64,000 nucleotides of DNA from positions 19,938 through 83,937 of the forward strand of contig JAGRJY010000006.1 of the NCBI GenBank assembly GCA_020442465.1, read 5' to 3'. Shown one piece after another: positions 25,124 to 34,386 of this stretch (the first letter of the stretch is position 1; each line of letters opens with the position of its first letter). Under the pieces are notes generated by a model, which saw only the letters and a list, made by a program, of their open reading frames with translations, did not search any database and was not told the DNA's origin. The position numbers and the translations under genes were made by a program. This stretch comes from Lysobacterales bacterium (GTDB taxonomy: Bacteria > Pseudomonadota > Gammaproteobacteria > Xanthomonadales > Xanthomonadaceae).

Positions 25124-28100
25124 TCACTCCTCCTCGTCGCGTGCCTCGGCCTCGGCGCGCTCGATGCCGCCGTCCTCGGCGTCGTCCTCGCTGTCGACCA
25201 CCGGCTCTTCGACGCCGCGGCGGGCGCTGCCCTCACGCGCGGGGCCACGCTCGACGACTTCAATGGTCGGCTCGTCCCAGCTGCCCTGCACCGAATAGAG
25301 CGTTCGGGTCATCTGCTTGAACGGCTTCTGCAGCACGGCCTGCGCCACCGCACCGAGCGCCGCGCCAGCCGGGCCGGCAGCCAGCGCCCCGACCACGGGC
25401 AGCACGTTGCCGGCACGCGGCAGCACTTCCATGGTCTGGTCGTAGCTCTGATCGGCGAGCCCGGTGGTGCCGCGAATGCGGATCTCGGCAGCAGGGCTGT
25501 CGATCAGCAAGCCGTCCGTGGTCGCGGTGCCGGCAGCGAGGCGGAAGTTGCCCTCGATCTTGTCGAACGCCAGTCCCTGGCCGAAGAAGTCGCTGAAATC
25601 GAGCGCCAAGCGCCGCGGAATCTGCCCCAGGCTGAGCAGCCCGAGCAAACGCCCGGCACCGGGCTTGACGTTGGGAATCTGCCCCTCTCCGACCGACAGC
25701 TTGAGGGTGCCGGTAGAACGCTGCAGGGAAAACCCCGACGGCGCACCCGGCCAGGAGGCGTCGAGCGAGACCAACGACTGCCCGCCTTCCACCAGATCGG
25801 CAAAGCCCAGCGCGGAGAGCATCGCGCCCAAGTTCTCTGCGGCGAACTCGGCGGTGAACTGCGAGCGTTCGGCGTCGCCGCTTCCGCTCCAGCGACCGCG
25901 CGCCGAGAGCTGCAGCGCCTCGGAACGTGCATCGAACTGCTGCACGCGCATGCCGTCGAGATCCGGAAACGTCTCCAGTCGGGTGTCGCCCAGTTCGGCT
26001 TCGCCCAGGCGAAACTGCTCGATGTGCAGGTGCAGGGGCGGCACGCTGCGCGGATCGATGCTTGCCGAGGACGCAGTCTCGCGTTCGGCGGTGCCCCAGT
26101 GCAGACGCTGGAAGCGCGCAGTGATGCCCCGCTGGGCGAACTGCTCATCGCCCGGAATCTCGATCTCGCCGGCGATGTGCTCACCCTCGAGACGAACGCG
26201 CTGCTGTCCGGCCTGGCGCGCCCATCGCAGCGCAGTCTCGGAAAAGCTGCGGCCGAGCACGGCGAGATCCCCGCTGTGCAGGTCCACCGAATCGATCAGG
26301 CCTTCACCCGAGTTGTGCAGGGCCAGGCCCAGCCAGCCATCCACATCGAGTACCGGCACCTGACCCAGTACCGCGATGCCGCGCTCCGGCCGCTCGTCGA
26401 CTTCGGCACCACCGAACGCCGCCACGCCGGTAAATGCCGGCTCCGTGCCGGTTTCGCCCACCAGCTGCAGCAGCTCGCCCAGGCGCAACGACACGATCTG
26501 CCCGCCGGAGAGCAAGTCGAGCTCCAGATCCATCGGCATGGGCGTTGCGGCCGACTTGCGCAACGGCGCGGGCAGCGTCAGCGAGACGCCGACCAGATCC
26601 GAGCGCAGGCGCAGGTGAGGGGGCTGCACCTTGTCTTCGGGGATCTGCAGATCGATGGTGAACTCCGCCTCGCCCTCGATCCAGGGCCGCAGCCAGGTGA
26701 GTTCGGGCTGGGTATCGATCAGTGCCCGCAGGTCCAATCGGCCGACCAGAGAGGACTCCACCTGACGCGACGGATCGACGACGAAGCTGCCCACGTTCAG
26801 GTCGAACGATGCGCTGCGACCGGTCTGCAGGATCTTCATGTCCTCGATCCGCACGCCGCGGTTGCTGAACTGGACCACACCCTGCGCAGCATCGAAGGCG
26901 ATGCCCCACCCCGCATGACGCAGGTCGGCACGCGGAAAGGTGACGGTGCCGTGCACCTCCGGTGGCGGCGCGCCATGCTTGAGCGAGAGTTCGAAGGCGA
27001 GGTCGACGTCGCCCTGGCCAACGATTCCGATCTGCGCCATGCCGGATTCGAGCTTCGACCACAGCGGCGAGTCGCGCAGGAACTGCAGCAAGGCTGCGCC
27101 GCGCTCGCGGGTACTCAGCTGCAAAGCCAGCACGGCGTCCTTGAAGTCGCTGATGCCGCCACGCACGTGCTCTGCGCGCACCCCGCCCACATCCGCCGAG
27201 AGCTCGACCTCCATGCTGCTGTTGACGAACCACGCGGTGCCCGTGAGGTGCTCGCCGCGCGGCCAGTCGCGGTGGTAGGCCAGTTCGACATCGGCGACGT
27301 CGGCCCGCGCCTGCATGCGCCCCGCGCCATCGCGAAACGGCCAGTGCCCGAGTTCGCCGTGCAGCAGCAAGGCCCCGGAGGCGAGCCGGCCACTGACCAG
27401 CGCATCGTCCAGCCACTGCACCGTGCGTTCGGGCATGCGGTTGGTGATCCAGAATTGCTTGGCGTGGGTGATGTCGGTCGGACCGACATCGACGCGCAGG
27501 TCGGCGGTCAGCCCGCTATCGCCGCGACACACGCCGCCTTCTGCGCGTATGTGGTAGGCCGGATCGTCCAGCGCGAGGTCCAGCGCCGCCGCGCACAGGC
27601 CCTGCTCCGGGTCGCGCCAGGCCACGCCATGACCGTGTGCACGCGGACGCATGGTCTGCCGCAGGGACACCGGCCAGTCGAACGCGAAGTCCGGGGAGTC
27701 GGTCTCCCACAGCACGCGGTCGGCGTCGCCGTGCACGACCAGATTCAACCCCGACACGCCCGGGTGCTTGCCGACCGCAGCCATGCCGAGCTGTTCGACG
27801 GATGCCGACAGCGACGCCAGTCCGTCCTCGCCGCCAGTCATTCTGAGCCCGCGCAAGGTGCCTGCAGGCTCGAGCGCCCGGATGCGTGCAGGCCACTCCG
27901 AGGAGCGCTCCTCGTCCCACACTGATGCCAGTTCGGCGGCCCAGGGCAACCAGCGCGCCAACGACATGCCCGCGGCCTGCAGGGACCAGTCCTGCTCCGA
28001 ACGGCGTGCCTGCCACCAGTCGCCGTGCTCCGGATCGGACACCGTCAGCACCACGTCGTCGCCGTCGCGGGCCAGACCGGCCGAAAGCATCAGCGGCGGC

Positions 28101-28951
28101 AAGGTCGCCGGCGACGAGGGTGGACCTACCGCCGGACCATCGCTGCCGGGCAAGGTTGGCCGCCCTTCGAGCCTGATCTCGGCGGTACCCGACTCGATGC
28201 GACCCGCCGCCACATCGACCCAGGCCCGCACGCTCGCGCGCGCGTCGCCCTGCATGGTCCCGTCGGGCAGCCAGTCGCGGAGCGGCGCGTCGACCACCTC
28301 GACGTGCATGCGCCCCGAGGCCATGTCGGCGGCAAGGTCAAACTGGATGTTAATGGGCTGCGGGTCGTCCTGGTAGGCCAGGGCGCCGACGCGCACGCGC
28401 CCGCCCTGGGTGCGCACCCGCGCATCCACCCGCGGCAGGCTCCATTCCACGTCATGCAGTGCGTCGTGCACCTGCACTTGGGCGCGATCCAGCAGCAGCT
28501 CGCCGAGGCGGTCCACCAGCTCGAGCTGGGCGGGGGTCTCCTCGCGTCGACCGATGCCCAAGCCACGCACCCGCCAATGGCCTTCGGCGTCACGCTCGAG
28601 ATCGAGCTCAGGTGCAGTGAGCTTCAACGAAGTAAGCGGGCGTCCCGGCATCCAGCCGGTCATCACGTCAATCTGCAGACGGGCGAGGTCTACGGACGGT
28701 CCATCCACATCGCCCATGCGCAGTCCGCCGAGTTCGAGCAGCACGCCGCGGCCATTCCAGGCGCCGTGTACCGACTGCAGCGACACCGGCTGTCCGATGC
28801 GCTGCTGCAGCCAGCCGGCCACGGCATCCGGGTGCGCCTGCAGCGAGGGCAGCAGCTGCGACAGCAGCGCCACCAGCACACCGGCGAGAATGACCAGGGC
28901 AATCAGGGCGCCGAGCAGCGCGCGCTGCAGCCGTCGAAGCCGGCGCATCAT
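25124..28951 (-). CDS. yhdP: YhdP/AsmA-like intermembrane lipid bridge protein
   Basis: About 1275 aa with N-terminal TM; C-terminal GAGRLLGLLSL..RRLALDFSD..YSVQGSWDEP; follows rng. Confidence 0.88.
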   Translation of the reverse strand: MMRRLRRLQRALLGALIALVILAGVLVALLSQLLPSLQAHPDAVAGWLQQRIGQPVSLQSVHGAWNGRGVLLELGGLRMGDVDGPSVDLARLQIDVMTGWMPGRPLTSLKLTAPELDLERDAEGHWRVRGLGIGRREETPAQLELVDRLGELLLDRAQVQVHDALHDVEWSLPRVDARVRTQGGRVRVGALAYQDDPQPINIQFDLAADMASGRMHVEVVDAPLRDWLPDGTMQGDARASVRAWVDVAAGRIESGTAEIRLEGRPTLPGSDGPAVGPPSSPATLPPLMLSAGLARDGDDVVLTVSDPEHGDWWQARRSEQDWSLQAAGMSLARWLPWAAELASVWDEERSSEWPARIRALEPAGTLRGLRMTGGEDGLASLSASVEQLGMAAVGKHPGVSGLNLVVHGDADRVLWETDSPDFAFDWPVSLRQTMRPRAHGHGVAWRDPEQGLCAAALDLALDDPAYHIRAEGGVCRGDSGLTADLRVDVGPTDITHAKQFWITNRMPERTVQWLDDALVSGRLASGALLLHGELGHWPFRDGAGRMQARADVADVELAYHRDWPRGEHLTGTAWFVNSSMEVELSADVGGVRAEHVRGGISDFKDAVLALQLSTRERGAALLQFLRDSPLWSKLESGMAQIGIVGQGDVDLAFELSLKHGAPPPEVHGTVTFPRADLRHAGWGIAFDAAQGVVQFSNRGVRIEDMKILQTGRSASFDLNVGSFVVDPSRQVESSLVGRLDLRALIDTQPELTWLRPWIEGEAEFTIDLQIPEDKVQPPHLRLRSDLVGVSLTLPAPLRKSAATPMPMDLELDLLSGGQIVSLRLGELLQLVGETGTEPAFTGVAAFGGAEVDERPERGIAVLGQVPVLDVDGWLGLALHNSGEGLIDSVDLHSGDLAVLGRSFSETALRWARQAGQQRVRLEGEHIAGEIEIPGDEQFAQRGITARFQRLHWGTAERETASSASIDPRSVPPLHLHIEQFRLGEAELGDTRLETFPDLDGMRVQQFDARSEALQLSARGRWSGSGDAERSQFTAEFAAENLGAMLSALGFADLVEGGQSLVSLDASWPGAPSGFSLQRSTGTLKLSVGEGQIPNVKPGAGRLLGLLSLGQIPRRLALDFSDFFGQGLAFDKIEGNFRLAAGTATTDGLLIDSPAAEIRIRGTTGLADQSYDQTMEVLPRAGNVLPVVGALAAGPAGAALGAVAQAVLQKPFKQMTRTLYSVQGSWDEPTIEVVERGPAREGSARRGVEEPVVDSEDDAEDGGIERAEAEARDEEE

Positions 28952-29122
28952 GTCAAGGTCCCGCCCAGGCCAGACGGAGCCCCGCATGCATCCCGGTGCA
29001 TGCGACGCTGCACCCGGTCGTGGCCTGCTGCCGTGGCATGGACTAGTGCCGCGCGCCGTCAGTCGGAGGACACGGCCCCGCCCCATCCGCTGGGCGGGCG
29101 ACGACGTCGATGCCGGATCCGG

Positions 29123-30598
29123 TCACAGCAGCACCACGTCGTAGCTTTCCTGCGTATAGCGCTCGTCGGCCTGCAGGCGAATCGGCTTGCCGATGAATTC
29201 CTCGAGCTCGGCCACCGCGGCCGACTCCTCCTCGAGAATCTTCGCCGCCACCTTGGGTTGCGCCAGCACCAGCACGGTCTTCGCCTCGAACTGCCGCACC
29301 GCGCGGGTGATCTCGCGGAAGATCTCGTAGGTCACGGTCTCCATCGACTTCACGCTGCCGCGCCCGGCGCAGATGTCGCAGGGTTCGCAGAGCTGTCGCT
29401 CCAGGCTCTCGGTGGTGCGCTTGCGGGTCATCTCGACCAGACCCAGCGGCGAGAAGTCGTAGACCGTGGTCTTGGCGTGGTCGCGCGACAGCGACTTCTC
29501 CAGCTGGCGCAGCACCTGGCGGCGGTGCTCGGCATCGCTCATGTCGATGAAGTCGATGATGATGATGCCGCCGAGATTGCGCAGGCGAAGCTGGCGTGCC
29601 ACGGCCTGGGCAGCCTCGAGATTGGTCCGGTACACCGTGTCCTCGAGATTGCGGTGACCGAGAAACGCCCCGGTGTTGACGTCGACCGTGGTCATCGCCT
29701 CGGTCTGGTCGATCACCAGGTGCCCACCCGACTTCAGCGGCACTTCTTTCTGCAGGGCGCGCTGGATTTCGTCTTCGATACCGAACAGATCGAAGATGGG
29801 GCGCTCGCCGGGGTAGTGCTCCAGACGCTCGCCCAGCTGCGGCATGAACCGGTCGATGAAGCCGCGCATGCGGTCGAAACTCTCGCGTGAATCGACCCGC
29901 ACCTTCTCGACGTCGCGGCGAAGCAGGTCGCGCAATGCACGCAGCGGCAGCGAGAGGTCCTCGTACACGCAGCGTCCGACCGGCGACCCGCGCAAGGCCT
30001 CGTCGATCAAGGCCCAGGCCTTCTTCAGATAGCGGATGTCCTCGGCCAAGGATTCGCCGCTCTGCCCTTCTGCATTCGTGCGCAGGATGTAGCCGGGAGC
30101 GTCCTCGTCAATCATCGACTGCAGCAGGCCCTTCAGCCGCTCACGCTCGACTTCATCCTCGATGCGCACCGACACGCCCAGCACCTTGGCGTGCGGCAGG
30201 AGCACCAGATAGCGGGAAGGAATGCTCAGCTGCGTGGTCAGCCGCGCGCCCTTGCTGCCGATCGGATCCTTCACCACCTGCACGACCACGTCCTGGCCTT
30301 CGCGGACGAGCTCGTGGATGGGAGGCGTCGGCAGGTTGGTGTCGTCGCCATCCGCGTTCAGTCCCTGCAGCGGACGAACGATGTCCGAGGCGTGCAGGAA
30401 GGCCGCACGCTGCAGGCCGATCTCGACGAAGGCCGCCTGCATGCCCGGCATGACGCGCTGCACGCGGCCTTTGTAGATGTTGCCGACATAGCCGCGCTTG
30501 GACGCGCGCTCGATGTGCAGCTCCTGCAGCATGCCGTTTTCGACCACGGCAACGCGGGTCTCGCGCGGCGTGACGTTGATCAGGATCTCTTCAGACAT
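29123..30598 (-). CDS. rng: Ribonuclease G
   Basis: EILINVTPRETRVA, GNIYKGRV, DVNTG, LGGIIIIDFIDM, EMTRKR. Confidence 0.96.
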   Translation of the reverse strand: MSEEILINVTPRETRVAVVENGMLQELHIERASKRGYVGNIYKGRVQRVMPGMQAAFVEIGLQRAAFLHASDIVRPLQGLNADGDDTNLPTPPIHELVREGQDVVVQVVKDPIGSKGARLTTQLSIPSRYLVLLPHAKVLGVSVRIEDEVERERLKGLLQSMIDEDAPGYILRTNAEGQSGESLAEDIRYLKKAWALIDEALRGSPVGRCVYEDLSLPLRALRDLLRRDVEKVRVDSRESFDRMRGFIDRFMPQLGERLEHYPGERPIFDLFGIEDEIQRALQKEVPLKSGGHLVIDQTEAMTTVDVNTGAFLGHRNLEDTVYRTNLEAAQAVARQLRLRNLGGIIIIDFIDMSDAEHRRQVLRQLEKSLSRDHAKTTVYDFSPLGLVEMTRKRTTESLERQLCEPCDICAGRGSVKSMETVTYEIFREITRAVRQFEAKTVLVLAQPKVAAKILEEESAAVAELEEFIGKPIRLQADERYTQESYDVVLL

Positions 30599-30676
30599 TC
30601 GGTTCCATCCGCATCTTCCTGACGCAAGTCTGACCAAGGCGAGGCAGCGAGGAAAGCCGCACGCGTCCGACGGCCA

Positions 30677-31252
30677 TCATGCCCCCTCCCGCAGACCCGT
30701 TCCGCGAAGCAGGCTCGCGGTCTCGAAAAGAGGCAATCCCATCACCGCCGAGTAGCTGCCTTCGAGATGACTGATGAATGCGGCGGCGCGCCCCTGGATG
30801 GCGTAGCTGCCTGCCTTGCCGAAAGGTTCACCCGAGGCCACGTAGGTATCGATGTCGGCGTCCCCTAGAGCCGCGAAGCGCACGATCGACCGCTTGCTGA
30901 GGACACGCTGCACACCATCGCGCATGCAGCACACCGCCGACAGCACCTCGTGGTCACGGCCCCGCAGCCGGCGCAACATGCTGCGCGCCGCCTCGGCATC
31001 GGCGGGTTTGCCGAGCACCTGCCCGTCGATCACCACCTCGGTGTCGGCCGCCAGCACGCAGGCCTCGACCTCCGCGCCGACTTGCGTCCATCCGGCGGCT
31101 GCCTTGTCACGGGCCACACGCTCCACGTAGGCCGCTGCGGCCTCGTCATCGCCGGGACACTCGGGCACCTCAACGTCGAGCACGCGAAACCGGTAACCCA
31201 GCTGCTCGAGCAGCTGGCGGCGACGTGGCGATTGCGAAGCGAGATAGAGCAT
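30677..31252 (-). CDS. maf: Maf/YhdE nucleotide pyrophosphatase
   Basis: LASQSPRR, AADTEV, GKP, KAGSYAIQG, VMGLP. Confidence 0.93.
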   Translation of the reverse strand: MLYLASQSPRRRQLLEQLGYRFRVLDVEVPECPGDDEAAAAYVERVARDKAAAGWTQVGAEVEACVLAADTEVVIDGQVLGKPADAEAARSMLRRLRGRDHEVLSAVCCMRDGVQRVLSKRSIVRFAALGDADIDTYVASGEPFGKAGSYAIQGRAAAFISHLEGSYSAVMGLPLFETASLLRGTGLREGA

Positions 31253-31329
31253 GCGTCAAGGATAGGGCAGCCGGCGGGTTGCCCGCTGAACGGCACGGCG
31301 CGACGCGCGGCGCGTGGGATACTCCGAGC

Positions 31330-32052
31330 ATGCCCAGTCAGGTTCTCATCGCCGATGCGCTGGTACTGGTGCGCAGCCTGGCGGCCGACTCCGGCGTGCA
31401 TGCGCACCGCGCACTGCAGCTGGTCTGGAGCGTCGATACGCCGATCGAGGTAGACCTCGACGGCGACACCCGATCCACCCAGTGGGCGGTGCTCGCGCCG
31501 ATGCAGGCCCACCGTCTGCGCGGCAGCGGGCAGCGGCTGGCGCATCTGTTTCTCGACCCAGGGCCAGCACCCTACCGGCGCTGGTTGCGCGCACAGACGC
31601 CCTGCCCTCCCTCGGGCGATCTGGCCGGGCAGCTGGCCGAGTGGTGCAGCGGGGGCTGCGGTCGCAAGCAGGCCGGCAGCCTCGCGCGCGCCTGGCTGGT
31701 GCACAGCCTGCCGGGTCTGGTTGCCACCCGATGTCCCGACGAGCGCATTGCGCGCACGCTGGATCGCCTCGACGCCGACCCCGTCGGCAGCGACGCGCAT
31801 CATCGTCGTCTCGCCGCACAGGTCCACCTGTCGCCCAGCCGCTTCCAGGCGCTGTTCCGCGCCCACACCGGGCAGTCAGTGCAACAATATGTTCTGTGGC
31901 GACGGCTGTTGCGCGCGCTCGAGCGCCTGACCGAAGGGGACAGCGTGACCCGCACCGCCGCCGACACCGGCTTCGCTGACGCCGCGCATCTCAGTCGCAG
32001 CTTCCGCAAGGTGGTGGGCGCCGCGCCGTCGGAGATCCGGCCGCTGGACTGA
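31330..32052 (+). CDS. AraC-family transcriptional regulator
   Basis: HAHRALQ cupin-like N-terminus; LSPSRFQALFR and GFADAAHLSRSFRK HTH motifs. Confidence 0.88.
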   Translation: MPSQVLIADALVLVRSLAADSGVHAHRALQLVWSVDTPIEVDLDGDTRSTQWAVLAPMQAHRLRGSGQRLAHLFLDPGPAPYRRWLRAQTPCPPSGDLAGQLAEWCSGGCGRKQAGSLARAWLVHSLPGLVATRCPDERIARTLDRLDADPVGSDAHHRRLAAQVHLSPSRFQALFRAHTGQSVQQYVLWRRLLRALERLTEGDSVTRTAADTGFADAAHLSRSFRKVVGAAPSEIRPLD

Positions 32053-32088
32053 GCTTCGGCGGTGCCGTACCCAGGCGTTGGCGTGATG

Positions 32089-32123
32089 TGGAGCGGGTGA
32101 TGGGAATCGAACCCACGTTAGCA
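32089..32123 (-). tRNA. tRNA-Gly(CCC) 3' exon (35 nt) of the intron-interrupted host gene
   Basis: Revcomp TGCTAACGTGGGTTCGATTCCCATCACCCGCTCCA: end of anticodon stem, T-arm, acceptor strand and CCA; abuts the intron 3' end. Confidence 0.93.
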
Positions 32124-32198
32124 GTCGGGTGGGAGGATGGCCTCACGGCCACCCTCCCCCCTAAGAACCGTACGTGAGACTTTCGCCTCATACGGCTC
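32124..32198 (-). ncRNA. Group II intron catalytic domain V and branch domain VI
   Basis: GAGCCGTATGAGGCGAAAGTCTCACGTACGGTTC (34 nt, GAAA loop), then GGGGGGAGGGTGGCC-GTGA-GGCCATCCTCCC-A-CCCGAC; branch A at 32130. Confidence 0.95.
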
Positions 32199-32221
32199 AA
32201 GCAGCCACGAACCAACCCCGC

Positions 32222-33865
32222 CTAGCGGGAGTCAGCGGCAGCCATGTCCCCTTTGGCACGCGCGTGCAGCTGCGTGTGACAAGCGGGGTGGAGCAATTGC
32301 AGGTTGGACAACTTGTCCGAGCCGCCGAAGACCCGCCAGTGCCGGTGATGAACGTGCCATCCCGTGGCCTTGGTGATCCCCTGGTGGCAGATTGGGCAGC
32401 ACCCTTCCTGCTTTTTCCAGAGCCAAAACAACTTCCTACGACCCATGAGGCTTTCCAGCATCCGACGCTTCAGGCGCTCGTCGAAGTAGCTTTCGGCCAA
32501 CGGGTCGTACGGGTTAGCGTCGCTCCGGATCTTGATGTGCTTGCCAACCTTGAGGGCGGACAGCAGCACCAGAGAGCCGGTGGAACCGTTGAAAAGCCAG
32601 TCGCGTGAGTCGTGAACCTTGAAATAGCGTTTCTTGACCCAGCGCTTGCCCTTGTTCGGATGTCGACGCTTGGCCCAGCGCCACAACGCTCCGTGGATGA
32701 GGTGGTCCATCTTCGCGAACGGACGCTTGGCGTGAACGACGCGATGGTAGTTGCCCCACCCCCGAATGATCGGGTTGAGCGCAAACACCACGTCCTCCTG
32801 CTTCGCGCCACGTAGCTGACGAAGACGAATCCGTACCTTTTCGAAGAACGCTGCGGAATTCTTCTTCGACGGCGTGATGCACAGAAAATCCTTGTGCTTC
32901 CGGATGTTCCAGCCGAGAAAGTCGAACCCTTCCGACACGTGGGTGATGCGGGTTTTAGACTCCGAGAGCACAAGACCGCGCTCGGCGAGGAATTCCCTGA
33001 CCATCGGTTTGACTTGCGATTCCAACAGCTCTTTCGAGACTGCCGTGACCACGAAGTCATCCGCGTACCGAATGAAGTTGACCTTGGCCCGTCTGGGCAG
33101 AAGCGACAAACGCCGCTCCAGGCCATCCAACGCCAGGTTCGCCAAGGTCGGGGAAATGATCCCGCCCTGTGGCGTCCCGGCGACCGTCGGGAAGAGCCGG
33201 TGACCCTCCACGAATCCGGACTTGAGCCACTTCGACAAGACGGTCCGGTCCATCGGAACGTGTTTCAGCAGCCAGTCGTGGCTGATGTTGTCAAAGCACC
33301 CTTTGATGTCTCCCTCGAGTACCCACTGCGGTGAAGCGCCGCGACTCAGTGCGTTGTGGCACTGGGCAATGGCATCCGCAGTGGAGCGGTGAGGGCGAAA
33401 ACCGTAGGAGTTTGGATCACCGGTGGTCTCGGCAACCGGATCGAGCGCAAGCCAGTGCAGCGCCTGCATTGCTCGATCCCGCATTGTCGGGATGCCCAGC
33501 GGTCGTTGTCCCCCGTTGGCCTTCGGGATGTGGACCCGGCGTAGCGGAAGCGGTCGATATCCACGACTGTTCATCGTGTGCATGCCCGCCCGCTTTGCCT
33601 CCGGAGTCGACCAAGTAATGCCGTCGACGCCGGGTGTCTTGCGGCCCTGATTCTCCGTGACTCGACGTACAGCCACCGCTTTCGCGGCTGTCGAGCGGAC
33701 GAGCAACTGCTGCAGGCGGGATACGCCTCGCCAGTTCTCGTCCTTGGCTGCCTTCGCTATGCGTGTCTGCAACCTCCTGACGCTTCGGTGCACGCGGGCC
33801 CACTCGATGGAGTGCCAGGTGTCCAGATGCGCGGAGGCGACATCGCTATCGTTGATAACGCCCAT
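32222..33865 (-). CDS. ltrA: Group II intron-encoded reverse transcriptase/maturase with C-terminal HNH endonuclease
   Basis: N-terminal WHSIEW..VRRLQTRIAKA..AVRRVTENQGRKTPGVDG, RPLGIPT..DRAMQ, GDIKGCFDNI, GTPQGGIISP, RYADDF, GFDFLG, domain X LNPIIRGWGNY, CPIC..HH..NLQLLHPACH. Confidence 0.97.
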   Translation of the reverse strand: MGVINDSDVASAHLDTWHSIEWARVHRSVRRLQTRIAKAAKDENWRGVSRLQQLLVRSTAAKAVAVRRVTENQGRKTPGVDGITWSTPEAKRAGMHTMNSRGYRPLPLRRVHIPKANGGQRPLGIPTMRDRAMQALHWLALDPVAETTGDPNSYGFRPHRSTADAIAQCHNALSRGASPQWVLEGDIKGCFDNISHDWLLKHVPMDRTVLSKWLKSGFVEGHRLFPTVAGTPQGGIISPTLANLALDGLERRLSLLPRRAKVNFIRYADDFVVTAVSKELLESQVKPMVREFLAERGLVLSESKTRITHVSEGFDFLGWNIRKHKDFLCITPSKKNSAAFFEKVRIRLRQLRGAKQEDVVFALNPIIRGWGNYHRVVHAKRPFAKMDHLIHGALWRWAKRRHPNKGKRWVKKRYFKVHDSRDWLFNGSTGSLVLLSALKVGKHIKIRSDANPYDPLAESYFDERLKRRMLESLMGRRKLFWLWKKQEGCCPICHQGITKATGWHVHHRHWRVFGGSDKLSNLQLLHPACHTQLHARAKGDMAAADSR

Positions 33866-33881
33866 ATCTGTCCTCCAGATG

Positions 33882-33955
33882 TGGAGCGGGTGATGGGAAT
33901 CGAACCCACGTCGGAGGCTTGGGAAGCCACTGCTCTACCATTGAGCTACACCCGC
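33882..33955 (-). tRNA. Complete intron-encoded tRNA-Gly(CCC), 74 nt, in domain IV
   Basis: GCGGGTGTAGCTCAATGGTAGAGCAGTGGCTTCCCAAGCCTCCGACGTGGGTTCGATTCCCATCACCCGCTCCA; full cloverleaf, U discriminator, CCA; one U-U mismatch in the anticodon stem. Confidence 0.92.
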
Positions 33956-34294
33956 CCATGATCCCGAGGGAAAACGGACGTCCCCTGTGGGGAAACGTCC
34001 CCCTCAGGGTGGATGGTTGCGCGACCTGTCTAGCGACAGACCACTATGCGGAAGTCTGCACCCTTTCGGGTCGGGGCGATCATTTCATCCCCTATCCCGA
34101 TCATTACAACCGGGCATTCGCTTTTTCCGCAATCCTTGTCCCGCCGAGACTTCAACGACTCTTGCGAGTCGCCTTGTCGAACGACCAATGCCTTGGCCGA
34201 CCGACATCCCGTCGGGGTTTCCACGTTCCGCACAAGTAACAGGGTTGGGAGGGTTCTGCCTTTCCGCCGGAGGCTCCTTGTCAGCGTGTACCGA

Positions 34295-34386
34295 CCAAGC
34301 AGCGTTACAACCAGCCTCGTCCCATTTTGGGCAGGGCCTACGCAGTCGAGAAGACCTGCATCAGTCGTGTTTGGCCCCTTCAGCTT
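34295..34386 (-). other. Intron exon-binding sites: EBS1 GCUUGG (34295-34300) and EBS2 AAGCUG (34381-34386)
   Basis: Perfect complements of the 5' exon IBS1 CCAAGC (-6..-1) and IBS2 CAGCTT (-13..-8). Confidence 0.85.

Noticed and set aside
32222-33865. RT as retron, DGR, CRISPR-associated or defence RT
   Set aside because: It has maturase domain X, an HNH domain and adjacent DV/DVI; no msr/msd, TR/VR pair or cas genes are visible.
32085-33911. Reading the tRNA 3'-end direct repeat as attL/attR of an integrase-type genomic island
   Set aside because: There is no integrase. The enclosed gene is a group II IEP, and the 35-nt piece is the true 3' exon that joins the 5' exon at 34828-34866 at canonical intron boundaries.
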